A DNA stretch of 64,000 nucleotides from Eledone cirrhosa (Eukaryota): assembly GCA_964016885.1 (NCBI GenBank), contig OZ024742.1:172608001-172672000 (forward strand), written 5' to 3'. The translations under genes and the position numbers were made by a program. The notes under the pieces were generated by a model. The model made no database searches. It worked only from the letters and a program-made list of their open reading frames with translations, and was not told where the DNA came from. Below, piece by piece: positions 29,865 through 42,738 of the stretch. Position 1 is the stretch's first letter. Each line of letters opens with the position of its first letter.

Positions 29865-31851
29865 ATGGTGATGTGGACTGACATCCTAAAGCCAAGCAGA
29901 CGCACTGCCAACAACTGCCAGGCGTCTAACAATGGCATACCCCCCTTGTATGGACTCCGCAAAGACCACAAGACAGTCGACGACCCGACAACAGGAACAC
30001 CACCAAGACCCGTATGCGGAGCTAATATAGCTAGCAACTACAGGATCTCCTACTTCCTCTCAATGGTTATACGCCCCATAATCACGATGTCCCCAGATGT
30101 ATGTGACAGTAGAGAGGACCTCCTCAGCAGAATCAGTGAGTGCAACAAAAACAGGAGCCTATCCAACTGCATAATAGGCAGCATGGATGTGGTGTCACTG
30201 TACCCATCCATTAACATTGATTTTGCTGTGAAAAGATGTGTGGAGATGATCATTGAGAGTGAGGTGGAGTTCTGCGACGTCGACACAGACGAGCTGGGCC
30301 TCCTACTTAGACTTACCTACGACACTGTCCACCTAGACAGCCATGACCTTAGATGTTTCTGCCCTAGTAGACCCATAAGAGGTAGACTCCCCACCATAAC
30401 CTCAATGGCAAAAAAGACTCCCATGGGAAGGTGGATTGGGTGGACCAAAGCTATACGGACGCCCCAAAACAATGATCAGGTAAGAACAATGGTCGCACAT
30501 GCAATAGGGGCTAGTATCAAAACTACCCTAAAGGGCCACATATTTAAGTTCAATGAGAAAATCTACACCCAACATGAGGGAGCAGCCATCGGCGTCAGCA
30601 TAGCTGGTGATGTTGCCAACCTTTTCATGATATGGTGGGAAAGGAGACTTAAGGATCTCCTTAATGAAAGCTCCATAGATATCATCATGTACTCTCGTTA
30701 TGTAGACGATATCAATATAGTTATAAGAACACCCCCACTAGAGAGCACTAACAAGTTTGATTTAGAACGTAGCACGATGGAAAGCATCCAGCAGATAGCT
30801 AATTCCATACACCAGAGTATAACTGTAACTATCGACTTCCCTTCCAAACACCCTAACGATAGACTACCTGTATTAGACACAGAACTCTGGATTAACACTA
30901 TAGACCAGAGAGCCCAAATTCTCCACTCACACAATGCTAAACCCATGGCCTCCAAATACCTGATACTCAAAAACTCAGCAATGTCCAGTAGTGCTAAGTT
31001 TAATATTCTGATCGCAGATTTGGTACGAGTGATGAAGAATGTGTCCAGCATGTGCGACCCAACAGAAATGGAAAGACACATCCAACACTTCATCAACCGC
31101 ATGCAGTTCTCTGGCTACAACCAAAGAGACAGAGTCAGAGTATACGAAGGTGCCATGGAAAAGTATAAGACCCTCATAGAACTGGACATGAAAGGAATTT
31201 GCCCATTATACAGGAGCAAATCATGGAATAGCTTAGATAGCGCTAGACATAAGATAGGGAAAGCCACATCATGGTACGACAACCAGAGTTACCAGAGTGT
31301 TTGTGGACGCCTCCCCTAGAGGGAAATTAGCTAACCAGTGTAGAAAGGCCCTGAGAAGGACCCACTTAAAAATAAAGGTGGTAGAAAAGCCAGCAACCAC
31401 CATAAAATCCCTGATCAGCAAAACCTACCCTTTTAAGAAAACCCACTGTACCAATAGGAAATGTATCATATGTAAGGTGAACCCCCGGATAAACTGTAAA
31501 ACTAGACACGTAGTCTATAGCATCAGATGTACAGAGGGTACTTGCAGAAACATGAAAACAACATACATAGGTGAGACAGCTTGTAGCATAGGTGAAAGGA
31601 TAGACCAACACTTGGGGGAACTAAAAGGACGGAAAAACGGGTCAGTACTATACGAACATGCTAGACAACAACATGACGGTAACATAGACAACATAGAAAT
31701 TAGAATAATATCTAAACATAGAAATGACCCAGCAGATAGGCAAATCAGAGAGGCTAGTGAAATAGAAATTAGAAGACCAAAGCTAAACAGAAAGAATGAG
31801 TGGAATAGCAATAACACCCAAACAAACAACACTGACCTAAGAGAAGTATAA
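29865..31851 (+). pseudogene. PLE RT plus Cys-rich linker plus GIY-YIG, one frameshift near 31300
   Basis: LYGLRKDHK, RPVCGA, SMDVVSLYPSI, Q..G.AIG, RYVDD, LPVLD; C..C..C..C, VVY.I.C..C, YIGET, R..H, H...H, LN.K.EW. Confidence 0.92.
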
Positions 31852-32112
31852 ATAAGTAAATAAAATAAGATAAATAAATACATACATACACAAGCACAAT
31901 AACAACAAGCACATAAACACACACTAGTCACCCAGCAAATACAACACTATACAAACTAGTCACACATAAAACATAACACTATACACACACGCAAACGCAT
32001 GCGCAAAGAAGACACAATAAAATAAACAAACAAACAAATAAATAAATAAATATATAGACAGACTGAATAAAAAATGGTGTAGACATACAACACAACAGGA
32101 GGAAAATATAAC

Positions 32113-32153
32113 ACCACTGACGATGTTGCAGATGTGCAACGAAAGATTTATGT
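32113..32153 (+). ncRNA. family C HHR-like motif
   Basis: CTGACGA-T-GTTGCA(gatg)TGCAAC-GAAA-GATT-TA; stem I weak. Confidence 0.6.
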
Positions 32154-32358
32154 AAATTATGTAAACTATATATATGTGTTTATGTCTATATTGTATCTGT
32201 AATATTTTTGACCGTCGGTGAGTCAATGGCAACATTGAGGACCGAGTAAGCTAGATTGCAAAGACAGCGAGAAGCGAAAACCAACCAAACAGTGAGTGTG
32301 TTCTGTTATTAATTCTGGTAATATTACACAAATATGACCCTCCCCAAGTATAACAATA

Positions 32359-32402
<44 letters not shown>

Positions 32403-32407
<5 letters not shown>

Positions 32408-32490
32408 AACGAGTACCCACTCTACTACACTAAGTATTGAGTACTTTGGTGCGTTATGGTCCACCTGGTTCCTTACCACATTTCCTCCGT

Positions 32491-32491
<1 letters not shown>
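32403..32491 (+). mobile_element. minimal family A insertion (tail plus ~12 bp inverted arm)
   Basis: ATAGGAACGAGTA followed by CCCACTCTACTAC...TTACCACA tail as at 7446-7521, between (TA)n tracts. Confidence 0.8.
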
Positions 32492-32518
<27 letters not shown>

Positions 32519-32521
<3 letters not shown>

Positions 32522-33037
32522 TAAAACCTGTCTATAGAATCACAAGATAAAATATATACTACTTCCTCTCCCAATTAGCATAATTAACTATATAAAAAAT
32601 CGAATAGACCAGGCTATACGAATGAGGCTTCTATGAAGGAATCTCCGACAAATAACCAAAACTGGTGCTTCGCGTCGCCCGTAGCGGAATATTTATCGAA
32701 TATTTCGTCAGCGTAATCGCCTAGATACAGTCAACTAAGCAGAATTAGGTTTAAAATAAACTAGGAGAAAATGGAATACATTGAAATACCTCTACCATGG
32801 TTTCGTCCGTGTTTTGAGTTTTCCAATAATTATGTAATAATTATATAAACTCGAGCGCCGGATTCTTCAGGAATCTCGCTCATATCTAGACATTAAATTT
32901 TCCAAAACGATCGCGCCAGGAAGCATCTCAAAATGGCTAAAAATTGTGACGTAGTCGCGGTCAAGTTGGAAGTGGTGTGGTAGTTGCTTACGACTGGTGG
33001 CATTTTTGATAGAAAGCACAGCACAATACAGCCAAAT
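32519..33037 (-). mobile_element. family G non-coding HHR-bearing repeat
   Basis: Homologous to 42960-43358 (direct) and 43486-43787 (inverted); ends at (TA)n. Confidence 0.75.
32789..32874 (-). ncRNA. type I HHR with long stem II (family G)
   Basis: TTC-CTGAAGA-ATCCG...CGGAC-GAAA-CCATGG-TA-GAG. Confidence 0.65.
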
Positions 33038-33315
33038 TTCTACTTGATAATTTATACTCGTTGAGCAAATCTACACGTACGCTGTTCATCTCTAACGTGA
33101 CGATATATTATCACTACATTATTGATAACTTGAAATTTTATATATATATATATATATACAATTTCAAGTTATCAATAATGTAGTGTTAATATATCGTCAC
33201 GTTAGAGATGAACAGCGTACGTGTAGAATTGCTAAACGAGTATGAATTATATTCCGGAGAAAATGTAGAAAAGATGAATATAAAATGAAAATGCATTTAT
33301 AAAGGAATTTATTAG

Positions 33316-33434
33316 GTATTGACATATGTTTCTGTAACAGACTGAATACCTATGTATCGCTACTTTCGTAATCATATAATGTTAGCAAGTATTCAATAGC
33401 AAATGTATAATCAGTTGTCACTTCTTCAGAGATA
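33316..33434 (-). ncRNA. family D long-stem-II HHR-like motif (inverted arm)
   Basis: Reverse complement of 36929-37047. Confidence 0.5.
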
Positions 33435-34294
33435 TTGGATAAACTGGAAAAAATCAGAAAAGTCAAATTATTTATATTAGTTGTAAGAAAGGAAGAAGAT
33501 AAGGGATAGCATATGACAGATGGCAATCCAATTTTCTGGTAAACAAGTATATAGAAGGTTTTTAATGAGAATACAATGAGTATATGGCTTATTTTATCTA
33601 AATAATAATTTTTTGGAGTGCCTATTTTAATCTATATTTGACCAGTTGAACAATGGACAGGGCTGATCGTTTGGTGTAGTAGTATTAATACAGATATAGA
33701 GTGTCATGTAAGGAAGAGAGAGATTATTTTCACTGCTACTGCATAACAACAATGCTGGTAGCCTGCTGGTATATGTATTAGGGAATTGAATTAAGAAATC
33801 TCATTTTATCTATAGCAGCTTATATTAAATGGTACAGAATAGAAGAGTTGATAGAATTAAGAGTAATAGAGAATGTTAATATGTATTTTGACAATCAAAC
33901 AGAGATAGAGACAGGTGTTCAATCCTTGTAGCGTTTGTAATATGAACATGTAGATTTCAAGCGATGGTTACAATATAACGATCGCTCTATTCTGTTATTT
34001 AATAAAATATTTTTGGATCTCATAATACAAAATATTTCCATATTACAAAATTTACAAAATTCCTGTCCTTGGAAATATGCAGGGATAGCCACTATTATAT
34101 CCCATTTTAGGTTAAATTGTTGGTTATTTTCGCGCAGCTGCCAAGCCTTGTCTGCGAGTGTTGTTACATAACGTTGGTTTTCATGTTTTATCGAGTAACG
34201 ATGTCTATAAAGGCGAGATTTGAAGGAGGTAGCTGTAGTCCCCACATAGTACCACTTCTGGCTACCCGATTCGATAGTACATTTGACAAAAGCA

Positions 34295-36444
34295 GTATAA
34301 ACCAAACCTCGGATCTTAACACGGATAAATTTTGATTTAAATCTTACAAAAACCCACCCGCAAACCCACTTTTGGATGCCTTTGAACAGGACCTAATGGC
34401 TACGATCATCGAGATCAAATTTACAAAACGGAAAAACAATAAACTACAGAATGACACACGGCACTGCTGAATAATCTAAAAAACGCCAATGGAATTGTTG
34501 TTCGAGCAGGAAAAACATCAAACTATATACCATGGAAGTGGACACTTACAATAAATCATCCGTAAAGAATTCCATAAAAAATACAAGAAAACTAATGAAG
34601 CTACACTTAGAAACATCAACAACTCGGCATGTGAAATTGTTAAAAAACTTTGTATTGACGATAGAACGCAACCCTTAACACCATAAGGTAAACTTCGATA
34701 CTGACCCTAAAATTAGACTTATATGCCCCTCTAAATCTGATACAGTCAAAATTAGCAAATATATATTAGACAGAATTATCCCCCAAGTTAAGGCTAAAGT
34801 AGATATTAAACTATGGGGTAACACCTATGAGGCAAACAGATGGTTTAATAGCATTACTTATAAGAAGAAATCAAAATTTATTCATTTCGATATTGATGAG
34901 TATTATTCCTCAATCTCACCTGATACTCTGCATGAAGCCCTTTCGTTCGCTAAGGCTAACTCCGACCTTACCGATGATGAAATTAGTATTATTATGGAAG
35001 CGAGGAAAACTATTGTTAAATTTAATGGTAGCTACTGGGTTCGCAAAGATAGACCAAATAATGTTGATATAACTATAGGTTCCAATGATTCGGCGGAAGT
35101 AACTGATCTTGTGGGAATTTATATCACCCACAGACTACAAGGAAAATTCAAGGATCTCCACGGTGGACTCCCCCGGGACGATGCGCTCATATTAGTTAAC
35201 CATATGAATAACCAGAATTTAGAAAGAATGCGTAAACATATTAGAAAACTTTTTAAGGGACTAGGATTAAATATTACGTTTGAATATAACCACAAAGAGG
35301 TTAATTTCCTTGATGTTACTTAGAATCTCAATACAGAAACGATTAAACCGTTCCATAAACTAAATGAGAAACTTAAATATGTAAATACAGGTTCTAACCA
35401 TCCACCCTATATAATTAAATCCATCCCTAGAAATATTTCACTTAGAATTTCCCACCTGTCGTCCGAACAGCAACCCTTCAAAGAACATGCCGAATATTAT
35501 GATGATGCACTGAGGAAGGCTGGACACCTAGATAATATAGAGTATATAGTCGACGATCACCAAAACACCCAAAATAAATCTCATATAGGTAGAAATAGCA
35601 TAGAATCACCATCATACATACACTACCGCAACATACAAACTAATAGTCGCACACCACCAAAAACAGAAGGCGATGTATAGAGTATATATGGTACAACCCG
35701 GTCTATAGCAATTCTATTAAAACCAATCTACCTTCACAATTCTTTCGATTAGTTAAAAAATATGTTCCAACATCACACAAATATAATAAAATCTTAAACC
35801 CTAACACTATTCGACTTTCATATTCAACCGCCCCTAATATTGAACAACATATAAAAAAACTTAACGCAAAACGGTTGTATAAACGCCTTCCAACACATAA
35901 CAATACACGTAAAACATCGGCTATAACATTACAAAACAACAAACAACATCCCGTCCTGCCTAAGCAACCTCATCAACAAATCCATGGTAATACAACAACG
36001 CATAATTATAACTGTAACTGTGTCCAACCAGGAATGTGTCCGTTGGACAATCAGTGTCTTGAACGCAACATCATATACAAATGTACTATCGAATCGGGTA
36101 GCCAGAAATGGTACTATGTAGGGTCTACAGCTACCTCCTTCAAATCTCGCCTTTATAGACATCGTTACTCGATAAAACATGAAAACCAGCGTTATGTAAC
36201 AATACTCGCAAACAAGGTTTGGCAGCTGCGCGAAAATAACCAACAATTTAACCTAAAATGGGATGTAATAGTGGCTACCGCTGCATATTTCAAAGGACAG
36301 GAATTTTGTAAATTGTATAATATGTAGATATGTTGTATAATGAAATCCAAAAATATTTTATTAAATAACAGAATAGAGCGATCGTTATACTGTAACAATC
36401 GCTTGAAATCTACATTTTCATATTACAAACGCTACCAGGATTGA
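34295..36444 (+). pseudogene. PLE RT plus GIY-YIG, multiple frameshifts and stops
   Basis: HFDID.YY, DITIGS.D.AEV.DLVG, GGLPRDD, VNFLDVT, SNHPP, CNC...CPLDNQCL, YVGSTATSFKSR. Confidence 0.9.
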
Positions 36445-36928
36445 ACACCTGTCTCCAACTCCGTTTGATTGTCAAAATACATATTAACATTCTCTATTAC
36501 TCTTAATTCTATCAACTCTTCTATTCTTTAACATTTAATATAAACTGCTATAGATAAAATGAGATTTCTTAATCCAATTCCCTAATGCATATACCAGCAG
36601 GCTACCAGCATTGTTGTTATACAGTAGCAGTGAAAATAATCTCTCTCTTCCTTACTTGACACTTTATATCTGTATTAATACTACTACACCAAACGACCAG
36701 CCCTGTCCATTGTTCAAATGCTCAAATATAGATTAAAATAGGCACTCCAAAAAATTCTTATTTAGATAAAATAAGCCATATACTCATTGTATTCTCATTA
36801 AAAACCTTCTATATACTTGTTTACCAGCAAATTGATTTGCCATCTGTCATATACTATCACTTCTCTTCTTCCTTTCTTACAGCTAATATAAATACTTTGA
36901 TTTTTCTGATTTTTTCCAATTTATCCAA

Positions 36929-37047
36929 TATCTCTGAAGAAGTGACAACTGATTATACATTTGGTATCGAATACTTGCTAACATTATATGATTACGCAAG
37001 CAGCGATACATAGGTATTCCGTCTGTTACAGAAACATATGTCGATAC
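36929..37047 (+). ncRNA. family D long-stem-II HHR-like motif
   Basis: CTGAAGA-A-GTGACA...TGTTAC-A-GAAA-CATATG-TC; palindromic stem III, weak stem I. Confidence 0.55.
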
Positions 37048-37152
37048 CTAATAAATTCCTTTATAAAAGCACTTTCATTTTATAATCATCTTATATATAT
37101 ATATATATATATATAATATAAGATCAAAAGATGGTTAAAGGAGTTCAATATA

Positions 37153-37219
37153 TTTTATTATGCGCATTTCAAAAACAAACATCATCAAACAATAATATTT
37201 GTGTTTTCATCAGATAAAA
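37153..37219 (-). ncRNA. type I hammerhead ribozyme, intact core (family B)
   Basis: Reverse complement of 37294-37360. Confidence 0.85.
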
Positions 37220-37293
37220 CAGATAAAACATATGTTGATTTAAAACTGCACTATCAACAAGTGTTTTTTTAGCCTTCATATCATGTTCTCCTG

Positions 37294-37360
37294 TTTTATC
37301 TGATGAAAACACAAATATTATTGTTTGATGATGTTTGTTTTTGAAATGCGCATAATAAAA
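37294..37360 (+). ncRNA. type I hammerhead ribozyme, intact core (family B)
   Basis: TTTTAT-CTGATGA-AAACACAAATAT..ATGTTTGTTTTT-GAAA-TGCGCA-TA-ATAAAA; predicted cleavage after 37354. Confidence 0.88.
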
Positions 37361-37486
37361 TATATTGAACTCCTTTAACCATCTTTTGATCTTATATTAT
37401 GCATACTCCAGTCCCACAAACTGTAGAGTGCTTCTTATCCGATATCTGCATTGCTTTATTGTACTACAATAAAACTCACCTCCTAC

Positions 37487-37578
<92 letters not shown>

Positions 37579-37662
37579 ATATTAGATGCCTTTAGCCGAA
37601 CCAAAACTTGCCCACTTCTTAGAGATGTGATGTTAGATATTATAGTGGAGTTAATATACATA

Positions 37663-37750
<88 letters not shown>

Positions 37751-37788
37751 TATATGTGTATCTATATAAATATATATATGTATATATC

Positions 37789-37821
<33 letters not shown>

Positions 37822-37839
37822 TATATATGCATATATATG

Positions 37840-37888
<49 letters not shown>

Positions 37889-37979
37889 CGAACAAAATGT
37901 GGTAAGGAACCAGATGGACCATAACGCACCATAGTACTCAATACTTAGGGTAGTAGAGTGGGCAATAGGAACAAGTAGG

Positions 37980-38075
37980 ACCCCGACGGCTGAGCTCAAG
38001 CCGTTTCGACGGCTAATTCTGGACTAAATGAACATTTTTATCCTGGTAAATGAATAGCCGAACTTCTCAGGGGGT
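37980..38075 (-). ncRNA. family A HHR motif (core CTGAGAA)
   Basis: ACCCC-CTGAGAA-G..C-GAAA-CGGCT(tgagctc)AGCCG-TC-GGGGT. Confidence 0.6.
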
Positions 38076-40297
38076 AATTCCATATATGGTAAAAGTGATT
38101 GTCACAAGGATTGGTCAAAAGTTTGTTGTTGAGACATATGATTCTATCATGGCTTTTTGTGGAAGGTAGGAGTAGCTGAAATGGCCAGTAGAAGAAAGAG
38201 GGAGAGAGAGTGGAGGAAACCCAGTCAAGCGTTGAAATGACAACTACAGCAGATTCTAAGGATAGTGTATAGAAGGTCGAAAATAGTGTACTAGAGAAGG
38301 GGAGGGGGAGGAAGTTGAAACAATAAGTAAATCTAAATGGAGTAAATATATAGAAAATATTTTAAAAAAAATATATATAAAAAAAAACAATTTCTGGTTA
38401 CTATTCACCTTCCGCAATCATCAAAGCTCTCACTGGTACTGCTAAGCTATATAAAAGTTTAATAGGTTGGAAGGAATACTAAATACGAGATTGGAGTGAA
38501 AGAATTTTATGAGTTAGTAGTAATCGGCCAAATCTATCTTACAATAACAGGTCAACAAGTAGAGGGCCAACAAACTAAAAAGAATAATACGAAATAATAA
38601 TTCAGAATCCCGAAAATAATACGAAATATTAATTCAAAATCCCGAAACATCAATACTAATACGATATATATAAGTACTGCTACAATACATACATTCTAAT
38701 ACAATCTATATACATACTCATATAATAAATATAAAAAAACTAACACAATATATATAAATACTGCTACAATACATACATTCTAATACAATCTACATAAATA
38801 CTCGTACAATATATATGAAAAACTAATATGAAAAATTAATTCAGAATCTCCCCCAAAAATAAATACTGATATAGGAGAAACAAAAGCAGGAATACCACTA
38901 AGAAATCTAGAAAACATGGAAATGGAGCAGCAACTAGAGAGGAAGGCAAGTATCTGGGGGCTAGCACATCTGCTACACAGAGCGGAATCGACCAATTCTA
39001 TCATAAAATAAGGGGCGTGGGGTACTGAATCTTCAGAGGACCGAAGGGCTGCATCGGGGTGGGCAAGAAGGTGAAAAGAATGATGACAAAGAAGGAGATC
39101 TGGGGTGGAAGGACTAGGAAGGGATGGGTGGAAAAAGGAAATATAGAGGAAACGATAAAAATATATATAAGAAAAGGCTACGTCCACCTTTGTAGGGGGG
39201 GGGGGTAGACAAGGGCTGAAACATCTCAAATGCCACCTTTGTAAGGGGTAACTCCTGCTTATAAAAGTAGACGTAACTTTTTTATATATATTTTTTGTCG
39301 TTTCCTCTATATTTCCTTTCCCCCATCCCTTCCTAGTCCTTCCACCCCAGATCTCCTTCTTTGTCGTCGTTCTTTTCACCTTCTCGCCCACCTCGAAGCA
39401 GCCCTTCGGTCCTCTGTAGCCTCAGTACCGCCACCCACCTTATTTTATGATAGAATTGGCCGATTCCGCTTTTAATAGCAGATGTGCTAGACCCCAGATA
39501 CTTACCTTCTTCTCTGGATGCTACCCCATTTCCGTGTTTTCGAGATTTACTAGTGGTTTTTCTGCTTTTATTTCTCGTATATCAGTATTTATTTTTGGAG
39601 GGGATTCTGAATAAATTTTTAGTATTAGTTTTTCATATATATTGTACGAGTATTTATATAGATTGTATTAGAATTTATGTATTGTAGCAGTACTTATATA
39701 TATATCGTATTAGTATTCATGTTTCGGGATTCAGAATTAATATTTCATATTAGTTTCGGGTTTCTGAATTATTATTTCGTATTAGTCATTTTAGTATGTT
39801 GGCCCTCTACTTGTTGACCTGTTATTGTAAGATAGATTTGGCCGATTACTACTAACTCATAACATTCTTTCACTACAATCTCGTATTTAGTATTCCTTCC
39901 CACCTATTAAACTTTTATATAGCTTAGCAGTACCAGTGAGAGATTTGATGATTGTGGAAGGGGACTAGTAACCAGAAATTGTTTATTTTATATTTTTTAT
40001 CTTTTTTTTATATTTTCTATATATTTACTCCATTTAGATTTACTTATTATTTCAAATTCATCCCCCCCTCCCCTTCACTAGTATACCCTTTTCGACCTTC
40101 TATACATTATCCTTAGAATCTGCTGTAGATGTCACTTTCAACGCTTGACGGGGTTTCCTCCACTCCCTCTCTCTCTTTCTTCTACTGGCAAGTTCAGCTA
40201 CCCCTACCTCCCACAAAATGCCATGATAGAATCATGTGTCTCAACAGCAAACTTTTGACCAATCCTTGTGACAATCACTTTTACCATATATGGAATT

Positions 40298-40388
40298 ACC
40301 CCCTGAGAAGTTCGGCTATTCATTTACCAGAATAAAAATGTTCATTTAGAATTAGCCGTCGAAACGGCTTGAGCTCAGCCGTCGGAGT
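40298..40388 (+). ncRNA. family A HHR motif (core CTGAGAA)
   Basis: Inverted partner of 37980-38075. Confidence 0.55.
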
Positions 40389-40398
40389 CCAACTTGTT

Positions 40399-40522
<124 letters not shown>

Positions 40523-40596
40523 TATGTATGTATATATATATACATACATATATATATACATATATATACTTATTATATATACACACATATATATAT

Positions 40597-40782
<186 letters not shown>

Positions 40783-40818
40783 TTATATTTATATATATTG
40801 TATTACTTTTTTTATATT

Positions 40819-40989
40819 TATTGTATGAGTATTTATGTAGATTGTGTTAGAATTTATGTATTTTAGCAGTACTTATATATATCGTATTAGTATTCATGTT
40901 TCAGGATTAAGAATTAATAGTTCGTATTAGTTTCGGGTTTCTGAATTATTATTTCGTATTAGTCTTTTTAGTATGTTGGCTTCTACATT
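40819..40989 (+). repeat. internal family A fragment
   Basis: Direct copy of ~39640-39810, fused to the tandem array. Confidence 0.85.
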
Positions 40990-40993
40990 TAGT

Positions 40994-42738
40994 ATGTAGG
41001 CTTCTACATAAACCGGAAACATTCTCCCAAATTGTAGAAAACTTATAATGAAACAATTGTTTGGAAAGAGAGATATATTTTAATTTTAATTATATCTCAT
41101 AAAATTATACAACTGGCTTTCCACAAAATACATATAGTTAGCACCCGAAACACAAAATTGGGATTATACTAACGTATATCCTAATGTTTGTTGAGTGAGA
41201 TGGTAGCCAGTCAGAGTTTAGCTTAAAGCTTTCTCTGTTATTGTATTAAATATTTTACTCTTGATTTGGCCAGAGAATTATATTTCCAGATACCATTTAT
41301 ACGTAACTTTCCGTATTTATTACTGTTATGAGATATTGTTTGTTATTTAGCTATTACTTCTTTGTTTTTAGCCTTAGAAAATATCTATATGCGTGTGTAA
41401 TTAATACAAGCATACATTTATTTTTTTTAAATTAATTGAGTTCTTAACATGCAGGATTAATATTGTTTTTAAAAAAACTAATTAACCCACGTGTATTTTA
41501 TTTTACTTTCTTGTGATTCGCGACTGCCTCCCTTTTCCGCTTCGTGACGCTGTGAAATTCTTCAGTCTAAAGACTGCTGGAATTTCAAATTTGGCGGTCA
41601 TTATGATGCGTGAAGGGACGACTTAGCTGACACGAAAAATAACTGCGGTAAGAAATTATTTCTTATATCAAAGTTTGATGGGCATCCACTGATGATTTAT
41701 AAGTACCCACCTGCATGTGTTCTTAAAGAAAAATATGAAGGCTTCTACATAAACCGGAAACATTCTCCCAACTTGTAGAACACTTATAATGACACAATTG
41801 TTTGCAAAGAGAGATATATTTTAATTTTAATTATATCTCATATAAAATAATACAACTGGCTTTCCACAAAATACATATAGTTAGCACCCGAAACACAAAA
41901 TTGGGATTATACTAACGTATATCCTAATGTTTGTTGAGTGAGATCGTAGCCAGTCAGAGTTTAGCTTAAATATTTCTCTGTTATTGTATGAAATATTTTA
42001 CTCTTGATTTGGCCAGAGAATTATATTTCCTGATACCATTTATACGTAACTTTCCGTATTTATTACAGTTTTGAGATATTGTTTGTTATTTAGGTATCAC
42101 TTCTCGGTTTTTAGTCTAAGAAAATATCTATATGCGTGTGTAATTAATACATGCATACATTTATTTTTTTTAAATTAATTGAGTTCTTAACATGCAGGAT
42201 TAATATTGTTTTTAAAAAAACTAATTAACCCACGTGTATATTATTTTACTCTCTTGTGATTCGCGATTGCCTCCCTTTTCTGCTTCGTGACGCTGTGAAA
42301 TTCCTCAGTCTAAAGACTGCTGGCATTTCAAATTTGGCGGTCATTATGATGCGTGAGGAGACGACTTAGCTGACACGAAAAATAACTGCGGTAAGAAATT
42401 ATTTCTTATATCAAAGTTTGATGGGCATCCACTGAATGATTTATAAGTGCCCACCTGCATGTGTTCTTACAGAAAAATATGTAGGCTTCTACATAAACCG
42501 GAAACGTCTCCCAACTTGTAGAAAACTTATAATGAAACAATTGTTTGGAAAGAGAGATATATTTTAATTTTAATTATATCTCATATAAAATAATACAACT
42601 GGCTTTCCACAAAATACATATAGTTAGCACCCGAAACACAAAATTGGGATTATACTAACGTATACCCTAATGTTTGTTGAGCGAGATGGTAGCCAGTCAG
42701 AGTTTAGCTTAAAGCTTTCTCTGTTATTGTATTAAATA
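40994..42738 (+). repeat. 741-744 bp tandem array (~2.35 units) with one HHR per unit, retrozyme-like
   Basis: GGCTTCTACATAAACCGG at 40999, 41740 and 42484; consensus TCCA-CTGATGA-tTTATAAG...CTTATAAt-GAAA-CAATTG-TT-TGGA; no ORF of 60 aa or more. Confidence 0.9.

Larger units (their letters stand above)
28979..32358 (+). mobile_element. PLE family C with inverted copy of its 3' end at the 5' side
   Basis: 29035-29820 is the reverse complement of ~31575-32358 at high identity; extra tail 28979-29034 on the left arm only; (TA)n flanks. Confidence 0.93.
33159..37092 (+). mobile_element. PLE family D (Nematis-like) with ~1.1 kb inverted 3' end at the 5' side
   Basis: 33271-34285 is the reverse complement of 36078-37092; 33159-33270 extension on the left arm only. 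Confidence 0.93.
37113..37488 (+). mobile_element. family B fold-back mini-insertion
   Basis: 37113-37222 inverted relative to ~37291-37400; tail 37401-37488 on the right arm only; homologous to 25910-26168. Confidence 0.9.

Noticed and set aside
38780-39391. 203 aa ORF
   Set aside because: Spans the palindrome centre, has no recognisable motifs and is not preserved in the mirrored arm
40994-42738. CRISPR array or rRNA/snRNA repeat
   Set aside because: No repeat-spacer structure and no recognisable RNA gene; eukaryotic context
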